Source: Rotaria socialis (taxonomy: Eukaryota). Taken from it: DNA of 64,000 nucleotides. The position numbers and the translations under genes are program-made. The stretch covers positions 1 to 64,000 of the forward strand of contig CAJNYD010000596.1 of assembly GCA_905331295.1 (NCBI GenBank), written 5' to 3'. Below the pieces are notes generated by a model. The model was not told the origin of the DNA. It did no database searches and worked only from the letters and a program-made list of their open reading frames with translations. This document shows positions 1 through 12,657 of the stretch, piece by piece (the first letter of the stretch is position 1; each line of letters starts with the position of its first letter).

Positions 1-1251
1 GGGGGGGGGGGGGGGGGGCCCCCCAAATTTCTACCCTATATACTTCAACACTCCTTTCAGATCGTGTTTCAGAAAATAAAACAACTGAGTGAAAAAATAT
101 ATACTTAGATTTGTGTTCGTTTGGATTGAATTGAATTGAATTGAATTGTTGAATGGAACTAAAACATAAAAATAACAATTAATTTTATTTGTTTCGAATA
201 AAATAAGTGAAAGGAATTATGTTTACGTTGCTGTTGAAGAAATAGAAATGAACTAAAACGAAATAAGCAGAAATGAATTGATTGGAATGAGAAAAACTTT
301 TTGTTTTGCTTACCAGCTAATAGTCGCTCCTGCGACCAAGAACTACCTTGGTGGTGCCATAGAGAACCAAGGCTCTTCACGTACAAGCATAGATCTAGCA
401 TGTATAGAACATACAACAGGAAGATCTATATGCGGCCTGTACGTGCTATGGGCACCAAGATAGGCTTGGCCAGTTTCATGCCGATGTATGGAAGGCTTCC
501 GTAGGACGTAAAAATATATACATATTTACAAAATTATACTTACTTTTTGTGTATTACTAAAATAGAAAATAAAAAACTAAAATTTAAACTAAACTGAGAA
601 TAGAAAAACAATTATTATTATCATATAAAAATTAAAATAAATAAATGGGATAAAAAGCTGAGACAAACGAAAACAAAATTAAAAAAATAAAGCTAATACT
701 TACCTGTGATATTGAACAATGGTAAGTATGAATACAAGCTAAAATAGTTAAAAAATAAAATATACATGAATGTACGCAAAAGAGAAAGAAAGATGGGGAA
801 TGATTTCTAACGTTAAAAATCATTGCTATTTATAGCCAATTTTTGTTATTCGTAATAATTAGACAATTGGTAAGCAATCAAGATCAAATGAATTTCTTTT
901 CTATTTGTAAAATTTAACATTCCGCTCACTACATAAGTGGTCTTTGATGGTTTTGATCGATTGCATAGCAATCGATCGTAAAGATCACAAGCATTCCTAA
1001 GAGTGACAAAAAACAAATATTGTAGTATTGACTAGACCGTTAATTGACCTTTTATGTTGTCGTGTTACATCATATATGCACCAACAACAATATTGACGAT
1101 CTTTTATATTTATTTTTCTAGATGATATATTTTACATGTATACAGAAATTGCTCAACGTTTATGACTTATTTTTCAATTAAATCTTGATATGAACATTCA
1201 GTTTCTATATTTAAAAACAACAATAAAGAACAAGTATTGAAAAAGATGAAA

Positions 1252-2356
1252 TCTATATAATAATGTTGAGTGTCTGTCTGGTCCCTCTCCCATTGGTCAC
1301 TTTTTCAACCAATCAGATTTCGTTGCTTACTGATTGGCTGCTTAAACTAACCAATCACATTTCGAGGACAATTTTCTCCGTTATTTTCTCAGTGAGCCAT
1401 ACCTTCAAGGACGTCAACTAAGAGAGAAGGCCGACGACTACAAATACATTGGTAGAACCACATTGCCAATACTTATCCGCGAAGTAGAAAACTCCTGCTT
1501 ATTAGCGGGTAAGGAGAGAGAGAGCTTTATGTTCGATTTCTTTTTATTTATTTCAAATCGAAAACATACATCACGCATACGCGCACACAACTACTACATG
1601 TAAAAACCATCGATATATATATATCTATATATCTATATACATATCTATATATATATCGAGGGTTTGGAAAAAAAAGAAATATAAGTGCAAAATAAAGAAT
1701 GACCTGAGATAGTTCAGATCAAAGAAAGAAAAAAATGTATAACGAGGGTTAGCCGCTAACACTGCTCAATTCTGATTGGCTTCTAGAATTAACCAATCAG
1801 ATTTCGAAGAGCATTTTCTCGGTTGGCTTCCCGGTGAGTGACACATTTAAGGAAGTCAACTGAGGGAGCAGGTCAAGGGCTACAAATGCAATGCTTAAAA
1901 CCATCTCACTATCGCACAATCTGGAGATAGAAAAGTGATCCGCTATCCTGATTGGACGTTACTTATGACCAAATCATATTTCGAGAAGCTTTTTCTCAGA
2001 TATTCTCTGCATAAGACAATATCCCGCTCTTGGAACCTTCTGGTGTGGTGAATGTGAGTGATAGACGCCGTCAACAGTGTAGTGGATGACGAGTGAACGT
2101 GCAGAGAATTCTTTCACTGATCTACCCTCACCTACTCCGACATTCGCACCAGTCCTCATTGGTATTCAGTCTAAAGTGCTAACTTACAGGAACGTTCTCC
2201 GCGTACAGAGCTCCGAAAGACAACATTTGGAGTTGGTCCATAGAGGTAATAGCTAATCACAGCGAAGAAGGTTGAGAGATTGTGCATATCAAAGTCCACG
2301 GCATTGAGGAGATGGGTTTTTAAGAGTAGCGTGCATGTTGCACGGGGCCTCGCTAG
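1252..2356 (+). mobile_element. Non-autonomous Helitron
   Basis: Starts A|TCTATATAATAA. Ends with hairpin CGTGCA-tgt-TGCACG, then CTAG|T at 2353-2357. Sits between A and T with no TSD. Contains an internal diverged duplication (about 1330-1460 vs 1772-1902) and a TA microsatellite at about 1612-1657. Confidence 0.8.
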
Positions 2357-2519
2357 TTATTTTTTATTGTGAAAATTTTTAATTTAAAAATGTTTTTTTA
2401 TTTTTCATAAAAATTTTAATTTTATAGGTTTAAGTTTTTTTTTGTGCAAAAATATTTTAAATTCACACTAAAAGTACAAATAAAATGAAAACCTAATCTA
2501 TGTCATCTTTTGTAGAAAT

Positions 2520-2700
2520 TGCGAAAAACTTCGACGTAGTTATGAGTAACTGGGATTTTTTCACCGTAACTACCCGTAATTGCGATTTTTTCATCGTAGT
2601 TACGCGTAGTTACGTCGCAATTTTCCGCAATTACGGGTCGCAGTGCGATCGCAGTTGCGCCGTAACTGCGCCACAGTTTCATCGTAATGAAACACATGGG
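2520..2700. repeat. Degenerate tandem repeat of about 30 bp, probably a MITE remnant
   Basis: Units such as TGGGATTTTTTCACCGTAACTACCCGTAAT and TGCGATTTTTTCATCGTAGTTACGCGTAGT. Ends in ACATGGG, like the element at 29751-30120. Confidence 0.45.
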
Positions 2701-3079
2701 AATATTCAGTTTCTAATTATCTTTAGTAACATAAACTGGCTAAATATTCAGATGAATGACATTTACTTTCTTTCTTTATTACTAACAAAACTTATTAACT
2801 GACATAGAGTTGACATTTTTCTTATAAGACGAGCCACTCACATTTTATTTGAGCTAAATAATATCTTTCTATTCATCCACCAACGGAAAATATTCATAGT
2901 TATACAGAGAAAGGCACAACCACTTCATTGGTATGCCAAAAGTATCTCATACTAATGAGTATGAACCCCAAGATTTATTTCTGAAAAGACAGCAACAAGC
3001 AAAGTGATGATGGAATTCAAAGACAAGTGGAAATACGTACAAGAATGGAATAGTAGGAAGAATATGAAAAGAAATAATT

Positions 3080-3712
3080 AACAAGTAACGTTCATCGACA
3101 TCAAAAGTCTATTCACTGAGCCCTGGACTGATACGGAATACTACATGAAATTCACCCACTGCCGAGAAAATTAGTTGTTTGTCTCAGAAATAGATCCTGA
3201 AATTTTGAAGAGGCCACCGTATAAGTTGATTGGAGACGCGAAGGAAATCGAATAAATGAAAACGGGACAAGAATCAGACGAAAATCAATGATAAAAAGTA
3301 TACACAAAGGCAAACCGAAATACGAAGAGGGGGCAACGGCCAAACTACGGTTTGGAGATGCGGGAGAGAATCTCAGACCCTCTTATCCATAACGAACGTG
3401 TTTGAAGAATCATGTCAGCGGGCTCGAAGGTTTTCAGAAGTGGGGAAGGGAAGGGTTAGTTCTCACCTAGCTACTAACTTGCGTTACTCAGAGATTTTGC
3501 GATAGGAGCCTCAGAATTCGGTAGGGGGCTCCTTCTGCCTGGCTCCATTGGTTCCGCCACTGAAGGGATGTATTCCACATTTCCCTCCCACGAATCCACG
3601 CATGGGAATCACCATAAAGATGGTCATTTGTGCCAGTGTTAAAGACAGACAGACAGACACAGGTGAATTACGGTTTGCAGACTCTATCCTTTCAGTCAAG
3701 GGAAAATATAAA
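3080..3712 (-). mobile_element. Helentron-associated non-autonomous element (HINE/DINE-1-like), copy A
   Basis: Both ends match 61036-61558 in reverse orientation. Sub-terminal IRs CCCTTGACTGA / TCAGTCCAGGG, (CTGT)n microsatellite near the 5' end, 3' end GTTACTTGTT. Confidence 0.7.
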
Positions 3713-4216
3713 AGATTGAAAATCATTGAAAGGTTATACGGCTTAGAAAGAAAAATAACAAAAGACGTTATTATATCTTTGAACTGCAGCAACTGATGAA
3801 CTTTGACATTTTTAGCTTTGAAAGATATGTTCACAATTATAGATAGGTATGACTGAATTTCTATAAGATTGAATAAACAGGAGGATGCAAAAAATAGTCA
3901 TCCATCGATAACAGAAAATGACTCATCATTTCATACTATATGAAACAAACTTCAGTAATGTATACCCACAAGCAAATCATCATTCGAGTTAAAATTAACT
4001 ATCGCTATATAGAAATGTGCTTTTGTGATAATGGTAAAACAAATATTCATTTCATGGTTGAGACTTCAATTTGTTTAGATAATCTTTATTCATCGATTTT
4101 TCATGGATTTCAAAATTAAGAACAGTTTGACTATTATTCAATTGTAATTAATATACAACTTCAATATTAGCTCACTACACCCGTACCTACATGTGCACTT
4201 ACTGAAAGCTCATGTC

Positions 4217-6266
4217 CTAAGGAAATAAATCGGGACTGGACGCTAAATTGTATACAATTGTCTGAATTGATTCTGGTAATAGTGTCAAAGACAGGTAACC
4301 TTGATTGGGATCTAGTATTTGCACACTTTGCACATGTGTCGGATCATGATTTAAAACAACAATTACCAATTGATTCTTTAGAGTTAAGAAACTAACGATT
4401 TTCAATGGGACAACTAAAGCGAACAGTTTTTCTTCTTTTAATACCTCCATGCCAATACGTATGGAATCACGAGAAATAAATTTCGAAAAATGTCCCATTG
4501 CATAATACATGGGATTTTTATAGAAAACAGTTCCACTTGTTGTATTCGCAATGATAGGTGAGTCTACGAAATTCTGAACATGATTTGGACCTCCTTCTAA
4601 ATCCAAGACAATATTCCAATCTGTCCAACCGGACGCTCCTACAAGTAAATCACCAATAATTGATAAAGCATAATGTATTCCACGTTTCCACATTCCTAAC
4701 CGAGGTCCTTTATCGATTTTCATATAACCTTCACAAGCTTCTGAAGGAAAGTAGAAAAATTGTGGATACTCTAATCTTGTAATGAATATTTCATAAAAAT
4801 CAGGAAATGTCATATCCTCGGTCGCGTACCAATGAACAGCAATTCCATCGATGTATGGAATAATACTCGTATTACGCTTAATCATTTTATCAATCTTCGA
4901 GAAAAGTAATACCATATCATCATCTTAGATCATAATTTTAACTAACGGATGATTTTTCCGAAGTTCTGGCCCTAAATCTATTCGAATAAAATCTGCTAAT
5001 TGTTCAGTTGTATAAAATAATCCTTCAAAATCTCTGACTTGACTGTACTCATTTTGTGTGGTAATTCCCCAAATAGGAATTCCTTCTAACTCATAGGCTT
5101 CAATAAATTTACTAAAATAATGAGCCCATGCTTTATGGTATTTATCACCAGGAACGCCATTTAAAGTGCCAACACTTTGGCTGGCATTCTTGAGCCAGTC
5201 CGGTCCATTCCAAGGTGAACCGAAAAAATATATTTTTTCCGTACTCATGGCTAGAGGTGTCAGCCGAAGGGTTGAACGGCGACGGCGGGCAACAATTTTC
5301 AATTTTTGAAGATTTCCAACGGCTCGTTATTTGAGTGAGTAATGTCTTCAGCGGCGGCTGCTACAAATTCTTAAAATCTTTTTCACAGCGGCGGCGTCGG
5401 CTGATATTTGTAAGTTCTTATGTGGCGGCGGCGGCTCAGTTAAGAATTCACTGACGAAAATTAAAAGAAAAATGTTCGATTCGATCGCATATGTATTAAT
5501 GTCAGCGGCGGCAAATAACGCTATCAAAAATTTTTATATCTTGCAGCGGCGCAACGGCTAAACTTGTTTTTTCGCAGCGGCGGCTCCCACAAAATTCTTA
5601 AAATTACTACTAATTTGGTGGCTGTGGCGGCTCATATTATTGAAAAATCGGCTGCTGCGGCGGCTCAGCCGTATGGCTGACGCCTCTACTCATGGCAATA
5701 GCAGATTTAATAAACGGAATCTTAATTGGTAAATCCATAGAAATTGAGAAATCATTTAATTCAAAATCATTCGGAACTGCATCATACGTGTACGAATATG
5801 TACTAAAATCGCAACCAACCATTGGAATACGTCCAATATTATAGGATATACCTCCCTCACCGAAATACTGCGACAATAATTTGCTTTGCAACTTATCAGA
5901 AATTTGACGAGCGACTATGCCAGATGCATCAGTAAATGCACCACCGAAACCGAGAATAGTTTGATATTTCGCTGTATAGTTTATTCTTAAGAGGCTGCTT
6001 ATGTTCGGATTCATTTGTGATTGAAATTCTAAATTAGTTAATCTTGTTAATCGATGAGTTCCTGCAAGTTCCGAGGTACTTTCGTATAATGCTGCTTGTG
6101 AAGTCGGTATAGTCCCCAATGGAGCTATAGTGTCACAATAATCTTCTGTGCATCGACAAACACTACCATATTTAAATTTTACAATATCGCAAGCATATTG
6201 AGCATGCATAGAACCAATCCATAAAATAGAACATATCGCAGCATAGCTGACTAAATGATTCAACAT
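4217..6266 (-). pseudogene. GH30 glucosylceramidase (GBA-like), disrupted by a MITE insertion and an in-frame TAA
   Basis: Signal peptide, then CRCTEDYCD, GFGGAFTDA, CDFS, SPW, QNE (acid/base), SEACEG (nucleophile) and GWTDWN...GGPNHVQNFVDSP. Insert at 5252-5688. TAA at 4925-4927 within KIMI*DDD. No other introns seen. Confidence 0.85.
5252..5688. mobile_element. hAT-type MITE, 437 bp, 8-bp TSD
   Basis: TSD CTCATGGC at 5244-5251 and 5689-5696. 14-bp TIR TAGAGGTGTCAGCC / GGCTGACGCCTCTA with 1 mismatch. Many internal GCGGCGGC motifs. Confidence 0.92.
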
Positions 6267-7380
6267 TGTCTTGATGCTATATGAAAGTAAAGATATTTTA
6301 CTAAGCTTGTTCCTAAAATTGCCTCCAATTAATTTTCTGAATTCAAAAATCAAAATATTATTCGGAGAACCGAGAGAATGAATTAAAAGACAATCATATC
6401 ATTGCCTCTTGTGACTGGTGCAATTCAATTTACACTGTAGATTTAAGGGACCAAAAGAAATGTGTCTTTTATCTATTATCTTTTTGTTAAAGATCTTTTC
6501 ATCATGATTACTTTGTAGATAAATGACAGTCACGTTTTACTTTTTTCGTAATAAAATATTTTTGTGTTTATTCATAGCCTCCTACCTTAGCTTATGAGCC
6601 CACTGCATATCATTTCTCAGGCATGACTCTTTATTAAACATATTAATTATTTTGTTATTATGATTATTCAACAATGAATAAATATGAAAAGACTTTGATA
6701 TTGATTCTCAACATGCCTCTTTTTCCTCTCTGCTAAAGAACATAAAGAAAAAATAACAAGAAGCAATTTTTCGTCGCTTTTGTGGCTACATGTCAATAGC
6801 TGTCCAATGCATGTCCTGTGGCAATTATTTTCGTGGCGGAGCAAGCATCGTTCAGTTTGCTGGTGAGAATTGATAAACAACAATTCAAATGGTGGAATTC
6901 CCTCAGATGGAACAAGTGCATCTTCCTATTAAGATCATTAATCTGTCGCCTTGTCAGTATGTAATCAATAAAGAATGTTCCACTGTGTTAGCCCCTATAA
7001 TATACTACACGAAAAAGAAACAATAATGCAAATTCTAGGATGTTTATGGCGTCATGACGTTTTCATCACACAACCAAGCTATTTTTCCTTCAATTTAAAA
7101 TGAATCCTTGAACATGCGAATAGAAAACACGCTTTTTTTAATGGCAAACCGCTTTGAACCTCCGCTACATCTTTTTCCGTAGCACAGTGATACCTACAAT
7201 CTAATACATGATAATGAGATAAATTCTCGTGCGTGTACTACTTTTTAGTTTTGCCGTTATTAAAATTGGAAAAAAAACACAATTTACATGATAACGAATA
7301 GATACCAAGCGAAATCTACTAACGTACATATGATCAGAATATTAGTTTGTGTTTATTGAACTGGAATATGTTCATATATG

Positions 7381-8544
7381 TTAGCAGAGAATATTCCATG
7401 TCTGATTATTGAAGAAATGATGCATAGCTGTCACGCCACCGGCTTCCTCGAATCGCTTTTTGATACAAATCGGAAACGGTTCCTGCAATGACTATCAGAA
7501 ATTAAAATGCAAATGTAATGACATTGATATGAACTAGGCAAATTTCAAATATAACTCACAGTGAGCGCTGTTATTGGTGGAAATTCAGTTCGTTTCGTAA
7601 ATTCAAATTTACCTATAACAATCCAACCGAAACCTGCCAATTTGTTTTTGTTATACAAGAGAAAAGCTGGAAAAAACTCATCACAGCTTTTATCTAGCCG
7701 ATTGTCATACCAATAATGATATCCTAATATCAATATCAAATAAGTATAATAATTTATCTAATTTCATTATTAGACATACCCATCGTTGGTAAACATGCCC
7801 CTTTAGCCCATTTTGTATTGCTCACCGTATTATCGTACAATGGCATTTCAATTGAATCACGAATTGGATTGCTGCCATTTTGTAGCCATAGTCCAGTCCC
7901 TGTGCCGTCATGGTTGAGATGAGATGGATTTCTACCTGATTGACAAATAGTACGTGGGTCGACAAAGTATGCAGTAAGAATGTAGAGATAGACACCAGCA
8001 ATTGTATCTCTATTAAACATTTTCTGAGTGAAATATTGGTAAAACTTGTCAGTAATCATTGAAACAGGAATCTTTTTTGGTAGAAACATTTCATGCATAA
8101 CAGTTAAGAAAAAGACGAGGCAACAACTTACTCCCATTTGCACCCCGGCAATAGTACCTTGATTATCGTAAATTAAAATAGCACCATAATCATTAAGTTT
8201 CATAAAGCGTTGCCCAAGAAAGTTGCCTATGATAAGATGTTGATTATAAAAAAAGAAAGCAAAATATCTCGATATTGCTATTCACCTTCGCATTGATCTG
8301 AAATCTGCTGGTAATTATTCTGTTTGGCTTCGGCAATAGTTCGTGGTTGTTTAACAAAATATTCCGGATCAAATGAATTCGGGCCCCATGTAACTTTGAA
8401 AGAATCCCATTTAGATTCTAAATCATCAGCACTGAGTAGCAAGCCACAAGCTTAAAAAATAAGTTCACGTTATTTGATCAACGTTGTCTACTCTTACTTA
8501 CTCACATTAATAGATACGATCAAAACAATAATGAAATACTTCAT
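7381..8544 (-). CDS. Uncharacterised secreted protein, multi-exon
   Basis: Signal peptide MKYFIIVLIVSIN. Exons read WDSFKVTWGP, ILIYDNQGTIAGVQMG, ILTAYFVDP, WAKGACLPTMG, HYWY and PAFLLYNKNKLAGFGW, separated by short GT-AG introns. Stop at 7381-7383. Confidence 0.75.
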
Positions 8545-9347
8545 CGTATGGATAATATTTTCTCAACTGACTACACTGTTCTTGCAAAAACCAACCACTT
8601 ATCCCTTATTGCTGCACGCTGTCATTTGCGATCATAATCTATCAGACAACATTTGCCTTTAAGCCTTCGAAATCATAAAGTGCTTTTCAAATATTCAATT
8701 CACTTTGACATTTGAAATGACCTATACTAACAAAAGTCTACAAGATAGTTAAAAATGAGCTATGCCCGTCTATATCGTTGTACTAGTCGATAATCAAAAT
8801 TTCAATTATATCCGATTGCAATCCCTCAAAAAATCGATTGAAAGAAGACTGAAACAAAATAGCTATTGATTGAAGTGATTGTGGGTGTGTTCTAATGATC
8901 TCGTCTCCAATATCTATCATGTATATCTTGATCTTGTACGAGTAAATAAACCATATCATTGAAGAGAAAAAGAAAAAGAATAATATTCTTTTTCAATTAT
9001 TTAATGTTTGGTAGACGAAAGAAAAAACCTTCATTTTGTATCATAGTCAAGTGAAATCGGTAGAAAAAGAGACAAATAAACTTTACAGATAAATCCAGTA
9101 TTAGAAACTACTATAGTGGGTACTGAACCTTGAGTTTTTCATTTTTGAACGAATCGCGGATAGTCATAATCAAGTTTGAAGACCTAATTTTAACGGCAAC
9201 CAACTTCTCACACTCGCATTTGCTGTTCGAGAAATCATAAAATCAACCTTAAGAGAAGGTTTCCGTTCCTTTTTATGATTCTTTCTTTGTTTATAAAAAA
9301 ATCGCAAGCTTTTTGTTATTTGAGATCGGCTGATCTGTTCTTCAGAT

Positions 9348-9624
9348 AGGCACAAAATCATGTCTGGACAAAAACGTTTGGCCTGAGGTGGTTGGACAAT
9401 CATTCGAAGTAGCATCTCAAATGATTTAAAAATTTGACAGAAATAAATTCAATCATTGAACGTAAATGTAGATTCACTGAAATCTATTTTTTCTTGCTGG
9501 CATAGATTTACATCCATACAATGCAACGAATGGAATTCAAGATCTAATGTTCTATCCATATCGTGTCGTATGTGTGACAAATAATTACGGTGTTGTAACG
9601 GAAGTTCCATCTTACAATTACTGA
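9348..9624 (+). pseudogene. Potato inhibitor I (MEROPS I13) family serine protease inhibitor, probably pseudogenised
   Basis: KNVWPEVVGQSFEVASQMI* (TAA 9427-9429). After an AG at about 9505 it continues LHPYNATNGIQDLMFYPYRVVCVTNNYGVVTEVPSYNY*, matching the WPE(L/V)VG and RV...G.V..VP motifs. Not in the ORF track. Confidence 0.65.
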
Positions 9625-10339
9625 TAAAACATTCCAATAATGATATTATACTGATCAGTACTTTGAACTGTATCTTAGAGTTACTTAGAAAACACTTCTT
9701 TTCCCCTTACGCTAGGGTATTATATTAACATACACAAAACATTTCTCATTTGTCTTGTCTGCTTATTTTTATTCAAATATTAATTAAAATAAAAGATTAC
9801 TTTGATTGATGTCTAAACCAATGATAAATTATCCTCTAGAAAAAAAAGTCGACTATTTTGATGTCTTGATACATACAACAATTCAATTCCTGTGCGAAGA
9901 GACTCAAATGAAACCTATGGTCTTCCTGTTTCATAAATATATCGTTTGCTTTAATAAATGGGACAGGAGGCTTGAGTTAATAAGATATGATAACTAGCAG
10001 AGCAACAAGATATGTATCATGTCATCGTACAATATGACTAAGACAAGCAAAAACATCGTGAGGACAGACTACATGACTACTCAGAAGCGTCTACCGTACT
10101 GATCAAGACTATTGGAAATGACACATGTTTCACATGTCCTGTAAATAACATCAATGCAAAAAGAACTCGACGATTTCTAGTTCTTTCTACTTGTGAAATT
10201 TATTCTAAGAAGAAAAAAAGAAACGGCAACAACCGGTTGAAAAACGACATTGCAAATGTAACAAAACAACAGCGAGACATAAAAAGGGATGGAAGAGTTC
10301 TTGTTCTGTTAATAAGAATAATAATTTTGCTTTTATTAT

Positions 10340-12389
10340 TTAATTGGTTTTACGTTTGTATCCTCCGTATTGTGTTGATGATGATAAAAATGTTTTTGTT
10401 AATGGTTTATAGTGTATAAGAATATTAAGAATAAATGACCAATGTGCTGTCATCACATAGACAATGCCAAGGTAAGCAGCAATAAATATAGCTAAAACGA
10501 GATCAAATATAGCTGGTTTAATACGATAAACATATAGTTGTCGTCCTTGATCATCATCGCCATCGAAGAAAACAAATTCTGGATCTTTTTTACTCGGACG
10601 TATCGTTGTTTTGGCGACATTTGTTAAATATCGATGCGCATATTGTTCGAGTGCAACAACAATTGGATGAGTTTTAGTTAATAATGATGGCGATCGTGAA
10701 TAATTCGTTAAAAATGTTAACCATTGTTTTGTAAACGATATTTGATCATAATCAGATTGTTGATTCGATAATAGATAAGTTCGATCGATGATTGATAAGT
10801 TTAAATCTGTTTTATTAAATATTAAACGTATCAATGCATCACTTATATATTGATAATTACGTTCGATAGATGCTAATTCAACATCATTTCTTACATCACT
10901 TATGGATGAATGTGAACATGATTTCGATGAATTTAAACGTGAAAAAGTAAATCCGGGTAATTTCGACCAAGAATATTTCTCATGTTCCCATGCGACAAAA
11001 TCAGTTGTTTTTAATATTTTCTTATGAACTTGTTCAAAATTTAACGGACCATAAGTTGATTTTTCACTTAATTGTGTAAGAAGTTCACGTAAAATGCCAG
11101 CCTAAAAATACAAAAAGTCATTTACATTCCTAAATATATCGTTTGTTCTAATTAGAATTTACAGAAACTCTAACGAGTAGACTGGAAAATTCGATCGTAT
11201 GAAATAACTTTCATCAATAGAGATTTACTATTCAAGCATTACATGAATAGATGTAATTTTTTTTAGTGTATCTGAGTAAAGTAATCTGTAAATTAAAAAA
11301 TCTTAATAAAACATACGGGTTGTGTTTCTTTGGGTGGTTTTGAAACATGCATAAAAAGTTCATTTGATTGGCCCAATGAATCTATACGAAAAATATTTTG
11401 CCATTATTATTATCAAGCTTCTGTTGTTTTTTCAAGCAAATCTTACCAAGACATATGACAACATCAATATCATTTGGAAGTTGTTGTTGATGTTTTTGAT
11501 CATGATAATCATCAATCCATTTCTTACTTCCTTGATAATTTAATTTTCCACCAGCAGCAAATAGAAAATGTAAATTATATTTTGCGCGTGTTGTTTGTTT
11601 AGCATATAATTTTGAAAATAATCGAATCAGTTTCAATAAAATTAAAACTCCACTTGCATTTGAATCGGCACCTTGTATTAATCCATTTGCTAAGCCAAGC
11701 GCATCATAATGAGCGACAAGTAAAATTTTCGGTAGACGCTCTTCAATACCGTGGCCAATTAATTTTCCTGCTATATTATATAAGACGCTATCTGTTCTTT
11801 GACTATATTTTCCAGTATTAACTGATAATTGATAGCCATCAGCTGTAATCATATCATATAGAACAGCTAATGCCGAATCTTTAGTTGAATCACGTCGTGA
11901 TTCAATTGATTTATATAAATCATTTGTTTGTTGTGTTTCCGGAAGAAAATAAACAGGTATAGGAACACTTTCACCAAGTAAAATTGTTTCTAAATCACAT
12001 ATATCTGATTTTTGTTCACCCGTCCATTGACTATTCGTTGTTGGTGTCACAACAAATAAACTATTAATACCCTTAGAAATAAGGGAACGAAAACGTTCAA
12101 TAGTTAATTTTTCTAAACGTATTAATGCAGCTTTGCGGTTAAGATTTGTGTTTGACCATAAACGAACTTCACTTGAAACAAATGCTTGACGACTGCCATA
12201 TGCTTGACCATATAAATCAAATTGAACCATTCGATAGGCTTTAAATTCTTGAGTAGAATCAACAAAAGCGAATGGACTTAAGTATGTCGGTGATAAAATA
12301 CATATGATTGGTAACCAATAAAATACGAAGCCAGTTAATGTTGTTGTTCGAAAAAGAATTGTATCGAAAATATCGTTTACTTCAAACAT
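10340..12389 (-). CDS. NCLN: Nicalin (nicastrin-like, M28 fold), 3 exons
   Basis: YRMVQFDLYGQAYGSR, AHYD, GADSNASGV, GGKLNYQGSKKW, LFMHVSKPPKE, VAWEHEKYS, YRIKPAIFDL and a C-terminal TM helix. Confidence 0.93.
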
Positions 12390-12657
12390 AATTCTTTCGA
12401 TGACTCTGCTTTACGAGATTAAAATTTTAATTTATCTAAAACTCAATAAAGCAAACATCGTATAGGCTTGCAAAATGAAATAAAACATTAAAAAAGTATG
12501 TCAAATTATAAACAAACAAATAAAATGCCTACTTATTCTCTTGAGACATTTATGAAAATTCTTTTTTCTCTGCCTCTGTCTTACTTGATTTATAAACCAA
12601 AATAAATCCCAATCCCCTATTGTTCATTACTATTTGTTTTTTGTCTGTAAAACAATT

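Noticed and set aside
1..24. Poly-G/poly-C run at the window start
   Set aside because: Likely low-quality contig end. A similar poly-C flanks the N at 27692.
120..150. (GAATT)n short array as a telomere-like repeat
   Set aside because: Only about 5 units, so a simple microsatellite.
159..823. Short overlapping ORFs near the window start
   Set aside because: No recognisable motif. They may be TE debris or 5' exons of a gene leaving the window.
4925..4927. Stop-codon readthrough or a variant genetic code
   Set aside because: TAA terminates intact genes in this window. A nonsense mutation or sequencing error is simpler.
5300..5670. Regularly spaced CAGCGGCGGC motifs as a CRISPR-like array
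   Set aside because: Repeats are about 10 bp, irregularly spaced, and lie inside a TIR/TSD-bounded MITE.
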